Part shown: positions 54,887 to 64,000 of the stretch, piece after piece
Numbering within the stretch: the stretch's first letter is position 1
How the letters are laid out: each line of letters opens with the position of its first letter
Source: Alphaproteobacteria bacterium
GTDB lineage: Bacteria > Pseudomonadota > Alphaproteobacteria > MPNO01 > UBA830
Assembly: GCA_964291215.2 (NCBI GenBank)
Contig: OZ219791.1
Coordinates: 1,504,001-1,568,000, forward strand
Length of the DNA: 64,000 nucleotides
Reading direction: 5' to 3'
Made by a program: the position numbers and the translations under genes
Notes under the pieces: generated by a model
Told to the model about the DNA's origin: nothing
What the model saw: the letters and a program-made list of their open reading frames with translations, nothing else
Databases searched by the model: none

Positions 54887-55648
54887 TCAAGTTCTCCTGA
54901 ACGCCACGCCAGCAGCCCATCCGGCCACTAGCGCAATAATGATGGCCGCCAAGCCGTAGAGCGCTGCCTGTTCATGCGCGAACAAAAACAACTCGGCCTC
55001 GATCCCGACCTTGGATACCGTGAACGGAGCCTCTTCGCGACGGATCATCCGCCCCTCGTGGAACAGGAAGATCGTTGCGACATATCCACCGGTCGGCACG
55101 TTGGTCGGAAACGAAATCGTCGTCCGAAACAGGCGCCCTCCCTTGATTTCTATGCCGGAAACGGCCTCCCCGTAGAGTCCCTGCTTGCGCTTGTTGCGGA
55201 ACAGCGCGGACCGGAACTCGGCGACCTCGCCCGGTCCCCGCGCAGAAGATGTCGTGATGTCGAGCGTCTCGGTGCCGATCCGGAACTCCCGCAGGAGCCT
55301 GGGCGGCGCGATCTCGTCCAGATTTCGTGACGCGGCGACGCGGTAGTAGGCCGGCGTTCCGTCGAACGTCACAGAAGCTCCATTGACCCAGATTCCCGCC
55401 ACGCGTTGCTTGCGGCGCACGACCTCGCTGCGGACCGGGCCGCGTACCGTGACCACGATATCGCCATAACCGTCAGTGGTGCCGAAGAGCAGGAGTTCGG
55501 CGCCGGTGAAATTGGTGGTGATCGCGATCTTCCGGCTGGAAAGGTCGGCGACCACCACCTGCGCATGTCCCGGAACGGCCGCGGCCCATGACAATGCGAG
55601 CGGTGCCAGCATGGCGATCAGCGCTCCGAGTGATAGCCGCCGGCTCAA
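54887..55648 (-). CDS. TIGR02186 family membrane protein
   Basis: IAITTNFTGAELLLFG, VRRKQRVAGIWVN, P.NVPTG.Y; paired with TauE. Confidence 0.85.
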   Translation of the reverse strand: MSRRLSLGALIAMLAPLALSWAAAVPGHAQVVVADLSSRKIAITTNFTGAELLLFGTTDGYGDIVVTVRGPVRSEVVRRKQRVAGIWVNGASVTFDGTPAYYRVAASRNLDEIAPPRLLREFRIGTETLDITTSSARGPGEVAEFRSALFRNKRKQGLYGEAVSGIEIKGGRLFRTTISFPTNVPTGGYVATIFLFHEGRMIRREEAPFTVSKVGIEAELFLFAHEQAALYGLAAIIIALVAGWAAGVAFRRT

Positions 55649-56571
55649 TGAACCACCCCCGAGCCCAGCGAAAACACGTCATCGGGTGTCGCGATCAGGT
55701 CCCACGCCACCCGCACGCAGACGGCAAGCACGATCAGGCCGAGGGCGGCGCGCATCTCCTCGCCGCGCAGCCGGCCGCCAAGGCGGGCACCAAGCTGGGC
55801 GCCGATAACGCTGCCGATGATCAACAGCAGCGCGAGAACGATGTCCACGGTCTGGTTGTTGACGGCTTGGAGAAAGGTCACGTTGGCGGTCACGAACACG
55901 ATCTGGAAGAGCGACGTTCCGACCACCACGGCCGTCGGCATGCCGAGCAGATAGATCATCGCCGGCACCATGACGAAGCCTCCGCCAACGCCCATGATCG
56001 CAGCGAGAATGCCGACGAACACGCCGACGCCGAACGGCAGGAGGGCGCTGATGTAGAGCTTGGAGCGCCTGAACCGCATCTTGAACGGAAGCCCGTGCGC
56101 CCAAGTGTGATAGTGCAGCTTCCGGCGCGGTGCCGACGGGTTGCGGCTGCGGAACCATGCCCGCACGCTCTCGACGACCATCAGCGAACCGATGATGCCG
56201 AGAAAGATGACATATGCGATCTCGATCACGAAATCGATCTGGCCGATGCCGCGGAGGAACGTGAATAACCAGACGCCAAACGTGGATCCGACAAGACCAC
56301 CGACAAGCAGCACCAGACCCATGCGGATGTCAACGTTGCCACGGCGCCAGTGGGCAAGCGCACCCGACACGGAGGCGGCCACCACCTGGTTGGCCTCGGT
56401 GCCAACGGCCACCGCTGGCGGTACGCCGATGAAGATGAGCAGCGGCGTCATGAGAAAGCCGCCGCCGACGCCGAACATGCCCGACAGAAGGCCGACTGCG
56501 CCGCCAAGCCCCAGCAGCATCAGCGCATCAAGCGAGATCTCGGCAATCGGCAGGTATATTTGCATGGCCAA
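55645..56571 (-). CDS. sulfite exporter TauE/SafE family protein
   Basis: MQIYLPIAE, SGMFGVGGGF, MGVGGGFVMVPAMIY. Confidence 0.9.
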   Translation of the reverse strand: MAMQIYLPIAEISLDALMLLGLGGAVGLLSGMFGVGGGFLMTPLLIFIGVPPAVAVGTEANQVVAASVSGALAHWRRGNVDIRMGLVLLVGGLVGSTFGVWLFTFLRGIGQIDFVIEIAYVIFLGIIGSLMVVESVRAWFRSRNPSAPRRKLHYHTWAHGLPFKMRFRRSKLYISALLPFGVGVFVGILAAIMGVGGGFVMVPAMIYLLGMPTAVVVGTSLFQIVFVTANVTFLQAVNNQTVDIVLALLLIIGSVIGAQLGARLGGRLRGEEMRAALGLIVLAVCVRVAWDLIATPDDVFSLGSGVVH

Positions 56572-56656
56572 GTCCGATGCTGCCCCAAGCCGCAGCTTCT
56601 ATGCTTCCGTCATTATGGTCGAAGCAGCATCAACATCATCGCCTCCGGCAACCGAG

Positions 56657-57661
56657 TCAGGCCGGGATCAGGCCGACAATCTCGTAGACCCTACCCCTGA
56701 CGGGATCGGCAATCGCGGCCGCGCGGCCTGCCCCTTGCGCAAGAATAGCATCAATATGCCGCGGATCGTCCATGAGGCGCCGCATCTGATCCGAGATCGG
56801 CACGAGTTTTTCGACCAAGAGGTCCGATAGCGCGGGCTTGAACTCCGCAAAGCCGCGTCCGCCGAATTCGGCAAGCACGTCAGCCACCGTCATGCGGGCG
56901 AGCGCCGCATAGATGCCCACGAGATTCGCAGCCTCGTTGCGGCCAGCGAGACCGGCGGGTTCCGAAGGCAGGGGCTCGGGGTCCGTCGTCGCGCGGCGGA
57001 CCTTTCTCGCGATCTCGTCCGCGGAATCGGTGAAGTTGATCCGGGACTGTTCGGACGGGTCGGATTTCGACATTTTGCTGCTGCCGTCGCGAAGGCTCAT
57101 GATCCTCGTGGCCTCGCCGAAAATCAGCGGCTCGACGATGGGGAAGAACTCGACCCCGAAATCGTGATTGAACTTCTGCGCGATGTCGCGCGTGAGCTCG
57201 AGGTGCTGTTTTTGGTCCTCGCCGACCGGCACATGGGTTGCCAGATAGGTCAGGATGTCGGCGGCCATCAGATTCGGATAGGTGAACAGTCCGGTCGATG
57301 CGTTCTCGCGATGCTTGCCGGCCTTTTCCTTGAACTGCGTCATCCGGTTGAGCCATCCCATCCGCGCGACGCAGCTGAAGATCCAGGCGACCTGGGTATG
57401 GGCCGCAACCCGGCTTTGGTTGAAGATAATGCTCGTTTCCGGTTCTATGCCGGCCGCGATGAAAGCTGCCGTAACTTCGCGCGTGTTGTTGGCGAGTTCA
57501 GCCGGATCCTGCCACTGCGTCAGCGCATGCAGGTCGACGACGCAATAGATGCACTCGTAGTCCGACTGCAGGTCGACGAAATTGCGTATCGCACCGAGGT
57601 AGTTGCCAAGATGAAGGCTTCCCGTAGGCTGCACGCCGGAGAACACCCGATTGCTGATCAT
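56657..57661 (-). CDS. trpS: tryptophan--tRNA ligase
   Basis: [25 protein letters not shown]. Confidence 0.97.
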   Translation of the reverse strand: MISNRVFSGVQPTGSLHLGNYLGAIRNFVDLQSDYECIYCVVDLHALTQWQDPAELANNTREVTAAFIAAGIEPETSIIFNQSRVAAHTQVAWIFSCVARMGWLNRMTQFKEKAGKHRENASTGLFTYPNLMAADILTYLATHVPVGEDQKQHLELTRDIAQKFNHDFGVEFFPIVEPLIFGEATRIMSLRDGSSKMSKSDPSEQSRINFTDSADEIARKVRRATTDPEPLPSEPAGLAGRNEAANLVGIYAALARMTVADVLAEFGGRGFAEFKPALSDLLVEKLVPISDQMRRLMDDPRHIDAILAQGAGRAAAIADPVRGRVYEIVGLIPA

Positions 57662-57757
57662 TGTTGTTCCTGGGACCTGAACGGGAGAGTCTGGCGGGTT
57701 ATCGCCGCTGTCGGCCGGGCCGTCAAGCGTTCCCGCACTATTCCGCGCCTGTCTCCG

Positions 57758-58831
57758 CTACATCAGCGCCGCATAGGCGCTGGCGGCCACGCGGTCGAGA
57801 ACCGCTTCGACCCAGTCCCGGGAGATGCCTCGCACGATGAAGACCAGCGAGGTCGCCGGCACGGCATTCTCGGGCCACCGGTCGAGCCTCTGCCAGGGGT
57901 GCACGACATGCTGGACACCATGCACCACCACCGGCCGTGACGGGTCGTCAGCCACCGCGACCAGACCCTTGACCCGCAGAAGATCCTCTCCCTTCTGGTC
58001 GGCAAGCATCTGCAGGAACATGCCCAGAACCCCACGGCTAATCGGTTGGTCGCGCGAGATAATGAAGGTCGAGATCCCGTCGCCGTGATTTCCGTGGATG
58101 GCATTCCAGGCGAGGAGATTGCCGGCAGCGGACTCGCCGCCCCTGACAGGAGTGGACGCGATTGCCAGTCCGCGCGACACCGGGCCGGAATCGGCCGAGA
58201 GAACGAGTCCGGCGTCGATGTCGCCGCGAACGCTGATTGCCTGTCGCGCGAGGGGATTGATGTGCCGGAGCCGCATGCGCAAGGCCTCACGGCCCGCCGC
58301 CTTCACGGCCATGTCCGTCTTGGTGATGGCCAACGTATCGGCCAGCGCAACCTGCTTGGCCGCTTCCGGCTGCCGGTCGAGCGTCTGCATCGCAGTCACG
58401 GAATCGACGACGGTAACGACCCCCGCCAGACGATAATGGTCGAAGACTGACGGTTCCTGCATCAGGGTGTGAACGATCGGGGCGGGATCGGCGAGGCCGG
58501 TGGTCTCGAGCACCACCCTTGCAAACGGACGGATCCGGCCCTGTTCCCTGCGGATCCGCAGGTCGTTCAACGTTTCCACGAGATCGCCGCGAATCGTGCA
58601 GCAGATGCAGCCGCAGGAAAGGTCGATAATGGTCTCTCCGCTGGTCTCGACGAGGAGATGATCGAGCCCGACTTCACCAAATTCGTTGAGGATGACGGCC
58701 GTATCGGCGAAGGCCGCGTCACGAACGAGACGCGACAGGATGGTCGTCTTGCCGCTGCCGAGGAAGCCCGTGAGCACCGTGACCGGAACCGGTTTCCGTA
58801 CTGCGGGCACAATGGACATCATTTTCGGCAT
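57758..58831 (-). CDS. CobW/COG0523 metallochaperone GTPase
   Basis: TGFLGSGKTT, NEFGE, GCICC, ETTGLADP, LLRVKG. Confidence 0.93.
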   Translation of the reverse strand: MPKMMSIVPAVRKPVPVTVLTGFLGSGKTTILSRLVRDAAFADTAVILNEFGEVGLDHLLVETSGETIIDLSCGCICCTIRGDLVETLNDLRIRREQGRIRPFARVVLETTGLADPAPIVHTLMQEPSVFDHYRLAGVVTVVDSVTAMQTLDRQPEAAKQVALADTLAITKTDMAVKAAGREALRMRLRHINPLARQAISVRGDIDAGLVLSADSGPVSRGLAIASTPVRGGESAAGNLLAWNAIHGNHGDGISTFIISRDQPISRGVLGMFLQMLADQKGEDLLRVKGLVAVADDPSRPVVVHGVQHVVHPWQRLDRWPENAVPATSLVFIVRGISRDWVEAVLDRVAASAYAALM

Positions 58832-59195
58832 GATCCGAATGGCTTCCCTTCAGTCCGGCCGGCGCGTCGGGGCGATGCCAGTCCGGCGCAACGCGGGGAA
58901 CGGGACACGCAGGACCACGCCTCAGGCTCCCAGAATCTTCCATCCCGAAGCGACATGCAACATGCCCCTCCGGCTTCCGTTACATCGGAACACTGCGGCC
59001 CCGCCACCCGCCGGGGCGCCGGCAGCGCCGTCGGAAAGCCGCTGACGCCCGCCGGAGGGAAGGACCGGCGGTCGGAAACCGGTTCCCCGACCGCTTTTCG
59101 AGAGCAGGATTGCCGGGCAAACTGTGCCGTATCAGGCCGCATCGGGCTGTCGGCCCTTGCCGTCCGGCGAACCGCCAGCAATCGGAACACCAGCC

Positions 59196-60110
59196 ATGAG
59201 AGCTTACCTCTACAGGATTCTTGAAGGCGGACATGAGCCGACACCGGCCATCAGGGCTACGGAAATACTGCTGATAACGCTGATTTCCCTGAACGTGGTC
59301 GCGGCAATCATGGAGACCATCGCTCCCGTCCACGCCAGACTGGCCACATTCTTTGCCTGGTTCGAAGCCGGTTCGATCGCCATCTTCTCGATCGAATATC
59401 TGGCTCGCGTCTGGGTGTGCGTGGAAGACCCGGATCTGAAGGGCCGCCGTCCCGCCCGCGCCCGCCTCCGCTACATGGCATCGCCCCTTGCGCTGATCGA
59501 TCTGATCGCGATCGCCCCGGCCTTCCTGAGCCTGTTCATCGCAGTCGATCTCCGATGGTTGCGGCTGTTCCGCCTGCTCCGGCTGTTCAAGCTCACACGC
59601 TACTGGTCGGCCCTGAATCTGCTTTACCGCGTTGTCCGGAGCGAGGCCGAGATCATCGGCGCCGCTGTCTTTCTCCTCTGCCTCGTCCTGGTTCTGGCGT
59701 CAGGGGGCATGTATGTCGTGGAGCGCCACGCGCAGCCGGAAGCCTTCGGCAGCATTCCGGCTGCCATGTGGTGGACGGTCGCCACACTGACCACCGTCGG
59801 TTACGGCGACGTCGTTCCGATCACGGTCTGGGGCAAGGTGCTCGGCGCGTTCATCTCACTGGTCGGCATCGGAATAGCTGCTTTCCCGGCGGGCATTCTG
59901 GCGGCCGGGTTCATCGAAGAGATCCGTCGCGGACGCGAGGACCGGAACCAAACAGGCGCGGATCACGCCGTGGCGAACGGTACCGGGACACCGCACCGGA
60001 CAGACGACGGGGCACATCCCGCCGTCCCGCCCGCCCGCGCCGCGGACGCCGGGCACGACGGCGGGATCCCGCGTTGCCCCCATTGCGGCAACCTGCTGCC
60101 GGAACGTTAG
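59196..60110 (+). CDS. voltage-gated potassium channel family ion transporter
   Basis: S4-like LRWLRLFRLLRLFKL, pore TTVGYGD, C-terminal CPHCG. Confidence 0.9.
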   Translation: MRAYLYRILEGGHEPTPAIRATEILLITLISLNVVAAIMETIAPVHARLATFFAWFEAGSIAIFSIEYLARVWVCVEDPDLKGRRPARARLRYMASPLALIDLIAIAPAFLSLFIAVDLRWLRLFRLLRLFKLTRYWSALNLLYRVVRSEAEIIGAAVFLLCLVLVLASGGMYVVERHAQPEAFGSIPAAMWWTVATLTTVGYGDVVPITVWGKVLGAFISLVGIGIAAFPAGILAAGFIEEIRRGREDRNQTGADHAVANGTGTPHRTDDGAHPAVPPARAADAGHDGGIPRCPHCGNLLPER

Positions 60111-60209
60111 AATTCGAGTGCCGGACGGCGCGACGTGACGAAAGCGGCGGGGCGGCAAAACAGGGCGGACAACGTCTCGACCCGGACAATCGGAACGCAG
60201 GAACCGGGT

Positions 60210-61811
60210 TCAGCCGCCCAGTGCACGGCCATTCAGCATGCGTCCGGGCATTGCTCCTGTATGCTCTCCTTGATCGAGAACGCCGCGGCCGTTCACGAAC
60301 ACATGATTGACGCCGACCGCTGGACAGTGCGGCTCCTGGTAGGTCGCAACCTCTCTGATAGCTTCCGGATCGAACACGGCCACATCGGCAGCTGCACCCG
60401 GACGCAGCACGCCGCGGTCAGCCAGACCGAGCACGGCCGCCGAGGCTCCGGTCATCTTGTGTATCGCGGTCTCGATCGGCACGAGCCCTTCCTCGCGCAC
60501 ATACCGTCCGAGTATCCGCGGAAACGTGCCGTAGAACCGCGGGTGCGGTTTGCCCTGTCCCGTAATGCCGTAGGGTGCAACCGAATTGCCATCGGACCCC
60601 ACCATCACCCTGGGCGAGCGGATCAGTGTCCTGACATCGTCCTCGGAAATCGACGTCACCAGAACCCGTGTCTGGCCGCGATCGGCGACGATATAGTCGA
60701 GAGCGGCATCCAGCGGATCCACGCCGCGCGCGGCGGCAATCCCGGCCACCGTCATCCCGGCGAACTGCGGCTGATCGGGGGAGATCGAGATGCGGACGGC
60801 ATCCCATGATGGTATCCGCCCAAAATTGTTGAGCCCGGCGCGGGCGGTCTCTTCCCTCAACCGGGCGCGCATGTCGGGGTTGCTCAGGCGCGCCAACATG
60901 GTGTCGATGCCGCCCTCCTGGAGCCAGCTCGGGAATAGATTGCGCAAAGGATTGCTGGCGGCCGTATAGGGGTACTGGTCGCAATCGATGGCGGCGCCCT
61001 CGCACCGCGCCCGCTCCAGCCGGTCGAGCAGCCGCTCGGCGCCGCCCCAGTTGTCCATGCCCGACAGCTTGATGTGCACGATCTGGACATGCACCCCGGT
61101 CTGGTGCGCGAACTCTATCGCTTCCTCGACGGCGTCGAAGAGCGAATCCGACTCGTCGCGGAGATGCGTGAAATACCGCGCGCCGTGCGCCCTGAGGACA
61201 CGCCCGAGCGCCACCATCTCCTCAGTCGCGGCATAGGATCCGGGCGCCGTGAAGAGCCCCGACGACAACCCGGCAGCTCCGGCGTCGAGCGCTTCCTCAA
61301 GGAGGCCGATCATCTGCGAAAGCTCGGCGGGTTCCGGCGGGCGATCCTCCATGCCCATGGTCATCAGCCTGAGCGTATTGTGCCCGACCAGCATCACCAG
61401 GTTCACCGATGTTGAGGGGTAGTCCTCCACATATCCGGCGAAGCTCGTTTCCGTGAACTCCAGCCATGGCGCGCTCGGGCTCAGATACTGCGACAGCATC
61501 TCAACCCTGTCAGGCAACGCCGGCGCACAGGAATAGCCGCAATGGCCGATGACTTCGGTAGTGACCCCCTGGCGGATCTTGCTTTCGGCAAGGGGCATCA
61601 GTGGCAGCGTCCAGTCGGAATGCGTCTTGATGTCGATGAACCCGGGCGCGACGACCTGGTTCCCGGCGTCGACCACCCGCGCTCCGCCAGCCGTTATCTC
61701 GCCGTCGACGGCGGCGATCCGGCCGTCCCGGATGGCGACATCGGCTCGGATGCCGAGGCTGCCGGTGCCGTCGATCACCGTTCCGCCGCGAATGACGATA
61801 TCGCCGGTCAT
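60210..61811 (-). CDS. N-acyl-D-amino-acid deacylase family amidohydrolase
   Basis: APGFIDIKTHSD, QGVTTEV.GHCG, THLRDE, DQYPY, HPRFYGTFPR. Confidence 0.9.
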   Translation of the reverse strand: MTGDIVIRGGTVIDGTGSLGIRADVAIRDGRIAAVDGEITAGGARVVDAGNQVVAPGFIDIKTHSDWTLPLMPLAESKIRQGVTTEVIGHCGYSCAPALPDRVEMLSQYLSPSAPWLEFTETSFAGYVEDYPSTSVNLVMLVGHNTLRLMTMGMEDRPPEPAELSQMIGLLEEALDAGAAGLSSGLFTAPGSYAATEEMVALGRVLRAHGARYFTHLRDESDSLFDAVEEAIEFAHQTGVHVQIVHIKLSGMDNWGGAERLLDRLERARCEGAAIDCDQYPYTAASNPLRNLFPSWLQEGGIDTMLARLSNPDMRARLREETARAGLNNFGRIPSWDAVRISISPDQPQFAGMTVAGIAAARGVDPLDAALDYIVADRGQTRVLVTSISEDDVRTLIRSPRVMVGSDGNSVAPYGITGQGKPHPRFYGTFPRILGRYVREEGLVPIETAIHKMTGASAAVLGLADRGVLRPGAAADVAVFDPEAIREVATYQEPHCPAVGVNHVFVNGRGVLDQGEHTGAMPGRMLNGRALGG

Positions 61812-61846
61812 TGTCTCCTCACGTCCCGTTCGCATCCCGCCGCCCG

Positions 61847-62920
61847 TCAGCCCCGAAGGGCGCGGCCGGCATTTCCGCGCACCATCGGCACGACTTCCTC
61901 GGTGAAGCGCCGGATCGTCGCCGCCGCCTGCTCGTGCCTGATTCCGGCGAAGCGCGGCAACACCGAGATTTCGGTAAATCCGAGCTTGAGATAGCGGCTC
62001 ACCCGCTCGGCCGCCTGCTCGGGCGTGCAGATGAGGGTACGGCGCCGGAACACGTCGCGCCAGTCGTCGCCCTCGCACATGGCCATGATCACCGAAACGT
62101 CGGCCTCGTAGTCGCGATCCCACTGCCTGCCCTCGAGAACCTTCAGGAACGCGCCGGCGTGTTCCTGGAGCGCGGCCCTTGTCTCGTTCATCGCCTGCTC
62201 CTCGGTATCGGCGAGATGGGTCATCAGCGCGACCATCGCCTTGCGATCAGCCGTCCTCCGACCCGATCTTTCCCAAGTTTCGCAATAGAGCGCGAACCGC
62301 GTCTCCAGGTCCTCGAAACTCATGGGATACTGGTTCATCATCAGGTGGTAGCCGCGCTCGGCCGCGGTGACGAAACTCTCCGGCGAGCGTGATGCGGCAT
62401 TCCATACCGGCAGCGAACCGTTGACCGTGACCGGCCAAGGCTCGATCCGGCCGAACGAGAAATACCTGCCGTCATGGGCGAACGGCTCGCCCTTCCAGAA
62501 CTGGGTGCAGATCTCGATGCCCTCGGCAATGCGGGCCGTGGCCTCTGCCGCCTCGACCCCGAAAGCCGCAAATTCGTGCGGGACAAAACCGCGCCCGATG
62601 CCCATGTCGCAGCGTCCGCCGGAGAGCTGGTCCGCAAGCGCAAACTCCTCGGCGACCGTGAGCGGATTCCTCAGCTGCATCAGCGACACCGCGGCGCCGA
62701 CGCGGATGTTCCCGGTCTCGCGCGCCCACGCAGTCAACATCTGTGCCGGGTTGGGCACGGCACCGCCGTAATAGTGGAAATGGTGTTCGGTCGTCAGCGC
62801 CCGCGTCCAGCCAAGACGGTCGGCAAGGCGCACGGAATCGATGAGTTCCTCGTAATATCCGGTCAGCGTCACGCCGTAACCGGCGCGCCAGGTGGGAAAG
62901 CAGAAGAGCGACAAGTCCAT
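61847..62920 (-). CDS. LLM-class (luciferase-like) flavin-dependent oxidoreductase
   Basis: TEHHF, PNP, NPL.VAEE.A..DQLSGGR..MGIGRG. Confidence 0.9.
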   Translation of the reverse strand: MDLSLFCFPTWRAGYGVTLTGYYEELIDSVRLADRLGWTRALTTEHHFHYYGGAVPNPAQMLTAWARETGNIRVGAAVSLMQLRNPLTVAEEFALADQLSGGRCDMGIGRGFVPHEFAAFGVEAAEATARIAEGIEICTQFWKGEPFAHDGRYFSFGRIEPWPVTVNGSLPVWNAASRSPESFVTAAERGYHLMMNQYPMSFEDLETRFALYCETWERSGRRTADRKAMVALMTHLADTEEQAMNETRAALQEHAGAFLKVLEGRQWDRDYEADVSVIMAMCEGDDWRDVFRRRTLICTPEQAAERVSRYLKLGFTEISVLPRFAGIRHEQAAATIRRFTEEVVPMVRGNAGRALRG

Positions 62921-62963
62921 GCGTCTTTCCCTGCCGGTCTGTCGTCGGCCCGGCCGCCGCCGG

Positions 62964-64000
62964 TCACGCCGCCGGCGGCACCCGGCGGCCAGCCAGCTTC
63001 TCGCCGGTTTCGAAGTACCGCCCAGTCACCGCGAGGACGGCCTCCTCGACATTCTCGTCCGTCCACGCCGTCAACGAATAGCCATGCCACGGCGTAGCAA
63101 GGTCGAGCTCGGGCAGCCCGAGGGCCTCCCAGCGCTTCCGCGCCGCCAGCATGAAATCCTCGCGCGGCAGGGAGACCGGCGGATAGGGGTGTTCGCGCAC
63201 CGCATTAATCAGCATGGCCGACGCGCCCTGGCCGTCGGGATAGGCGTACTGGCCGGCATGGTTGGAGGGGGTGATCGAGGGGTCGAGCCGGGGGACCTTG
63301 CCGCGGATGATCTCAACGTCGCGATGGGGCTGGAGGCTGTAGCTCAACGCCCAGAGCACGGAATCGAGGGATTCGGGATCTATGTCGGAGTCGACGGCGA
63401 CAAAGATCTTGCCAAGAGAGGCGTCGTAGGCGGCCGCCGCGCGCAGCGCCTGCCAGGGCTGGCCAAGTTCCGGCCGGTCGAGCTGGATAACGAACATCAT
63501 GTTGCAGCTCGCGAGTTCGTGGCACGCGACCCTGGTCACCGAGGGGATGTTGCATGCATCCCTGAGGTGGCGCAGATAGATGGCGTCAAAGGCAGCCTTT
63601 CGCATCACCGTGCTCTCGCTCGGCGGAAATTCGCTGATGATGCCCTGATACAAGGGCGAGGCGCGGTGGGTGATCGCGGTCACCTCGAAGAACTTCTCCA
63701 TCTTGCGCGGCCCGAGATACCCGCTGGCCTCGCCGAACGGCGCTTCGGGCTCGAGCATATCGGTGCGGATTACGCCCTCCATGACGATCTCGGCCTCGGC
63801 CGGCACCATGCAGTCGAACGTCTCGGCGCGAACGACCGCAACGGGCGCACCGTTGAGTGCACCGGCCAGCCCGTATTCCTCAACGCCATAGGGCGCCTTG
63901 CTCGCCGCGGCCATGATCAGCGCCGGCGGGCCGCCGACGAACACCGCCGCATCGAGCGGACGACCCATGGCTCGCGCCTTCTCCCAGTGGATGGCGAGAT
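62964..64000 (-). CDS. UbiD family prFMN-dependent (de)carboxylase (5' partial)
   Basis: VPAEAEIVMEG, EAPFGE, PPSE, VAVDSDIDP, V.WA; frame open to window end. Confidence 0.88.
   Translation of the reverse strand, partial: LAIHWEKARAMGRPLDAAVFVGGPPALIMAAASKAPYGVEEYGLAGALNGAPVAVVRAETFDCMVPAEAEIVMEGVIRTDMLEPEAPFGEASGYLGPRKMEKFFEVTAITHRASPLYQGIISEFPPSESTVMRKAAFDAIYLRHLRDACNIPSVTRVACHELASCNMMFVIQLDRPELGQPWQALRAAAAYDASLGKIFVAVDSDIDPESLDSVLWALSYSLQPHRDVEIIRGKVPRLDPSITPSNHAGQYAYPDGQGASAMLINAVREHPYPPVSLPREDFMLAARKRWEALGLPELDLATPWHGYSLTAWTDENVEEAVLAVTGRYFETGEKLAGRRVPPAA

Noticed and set aside
58832-59195. Cobalamin riboswitch or Zur box upstream of the CobW-family gene
   Set aside because: No recognisable B12-box elements; only a weak TGTT-N6-TAAC resemblance to a Zur site.

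Overview
GC-rich alphaproteobacterial (Rhodospirillales-like) chromosome segment. Most of it is intact housekeeping genes: argH, lptM-like lipoprotein, lysA, TIGR02302, hpt, ibpA with a ROSE thermometer, a GldAFG-type ABC module, folD, clpSA, argG, rlmN, an aa3 cytochrome c oxidase operon, tsaB-rimI and trpS. There are two uncharacterised catabolic clusters (cyclase/HisD-HpsN-like/cupin/HpsO-like SDR; UbiD/LLM/D-aminoacylase). Four mobile-DNA graveyards lie at about 9.3-15.9 kb, 18.2-19.4 kb, 28.3-30.1 kb and 47.4-50.2 kb. Three signals stand out. (1) The transposase and RT remnants are eroded mainly by closely spaced microdeletions; between two tandem intron copies I count 12 deletions of 6-13 bp (mode 7), all in one copy, while neighbouring host genes are intact. 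(2) A group II intron forms a head-to-tail dimer with no exon spacer, and both copies carry the same ribozyme domain V lesion; the dimer sits in an IS66 that sits in a MITE. (3) A CTAG-centred hairpin in an IS256 end is repeatedly occupied by IS630 and IS1634-like elements. An assembly or polishing artefact in repeats cannot be excluded from sequence alone. All family calls come from motif recognition, not database searches.
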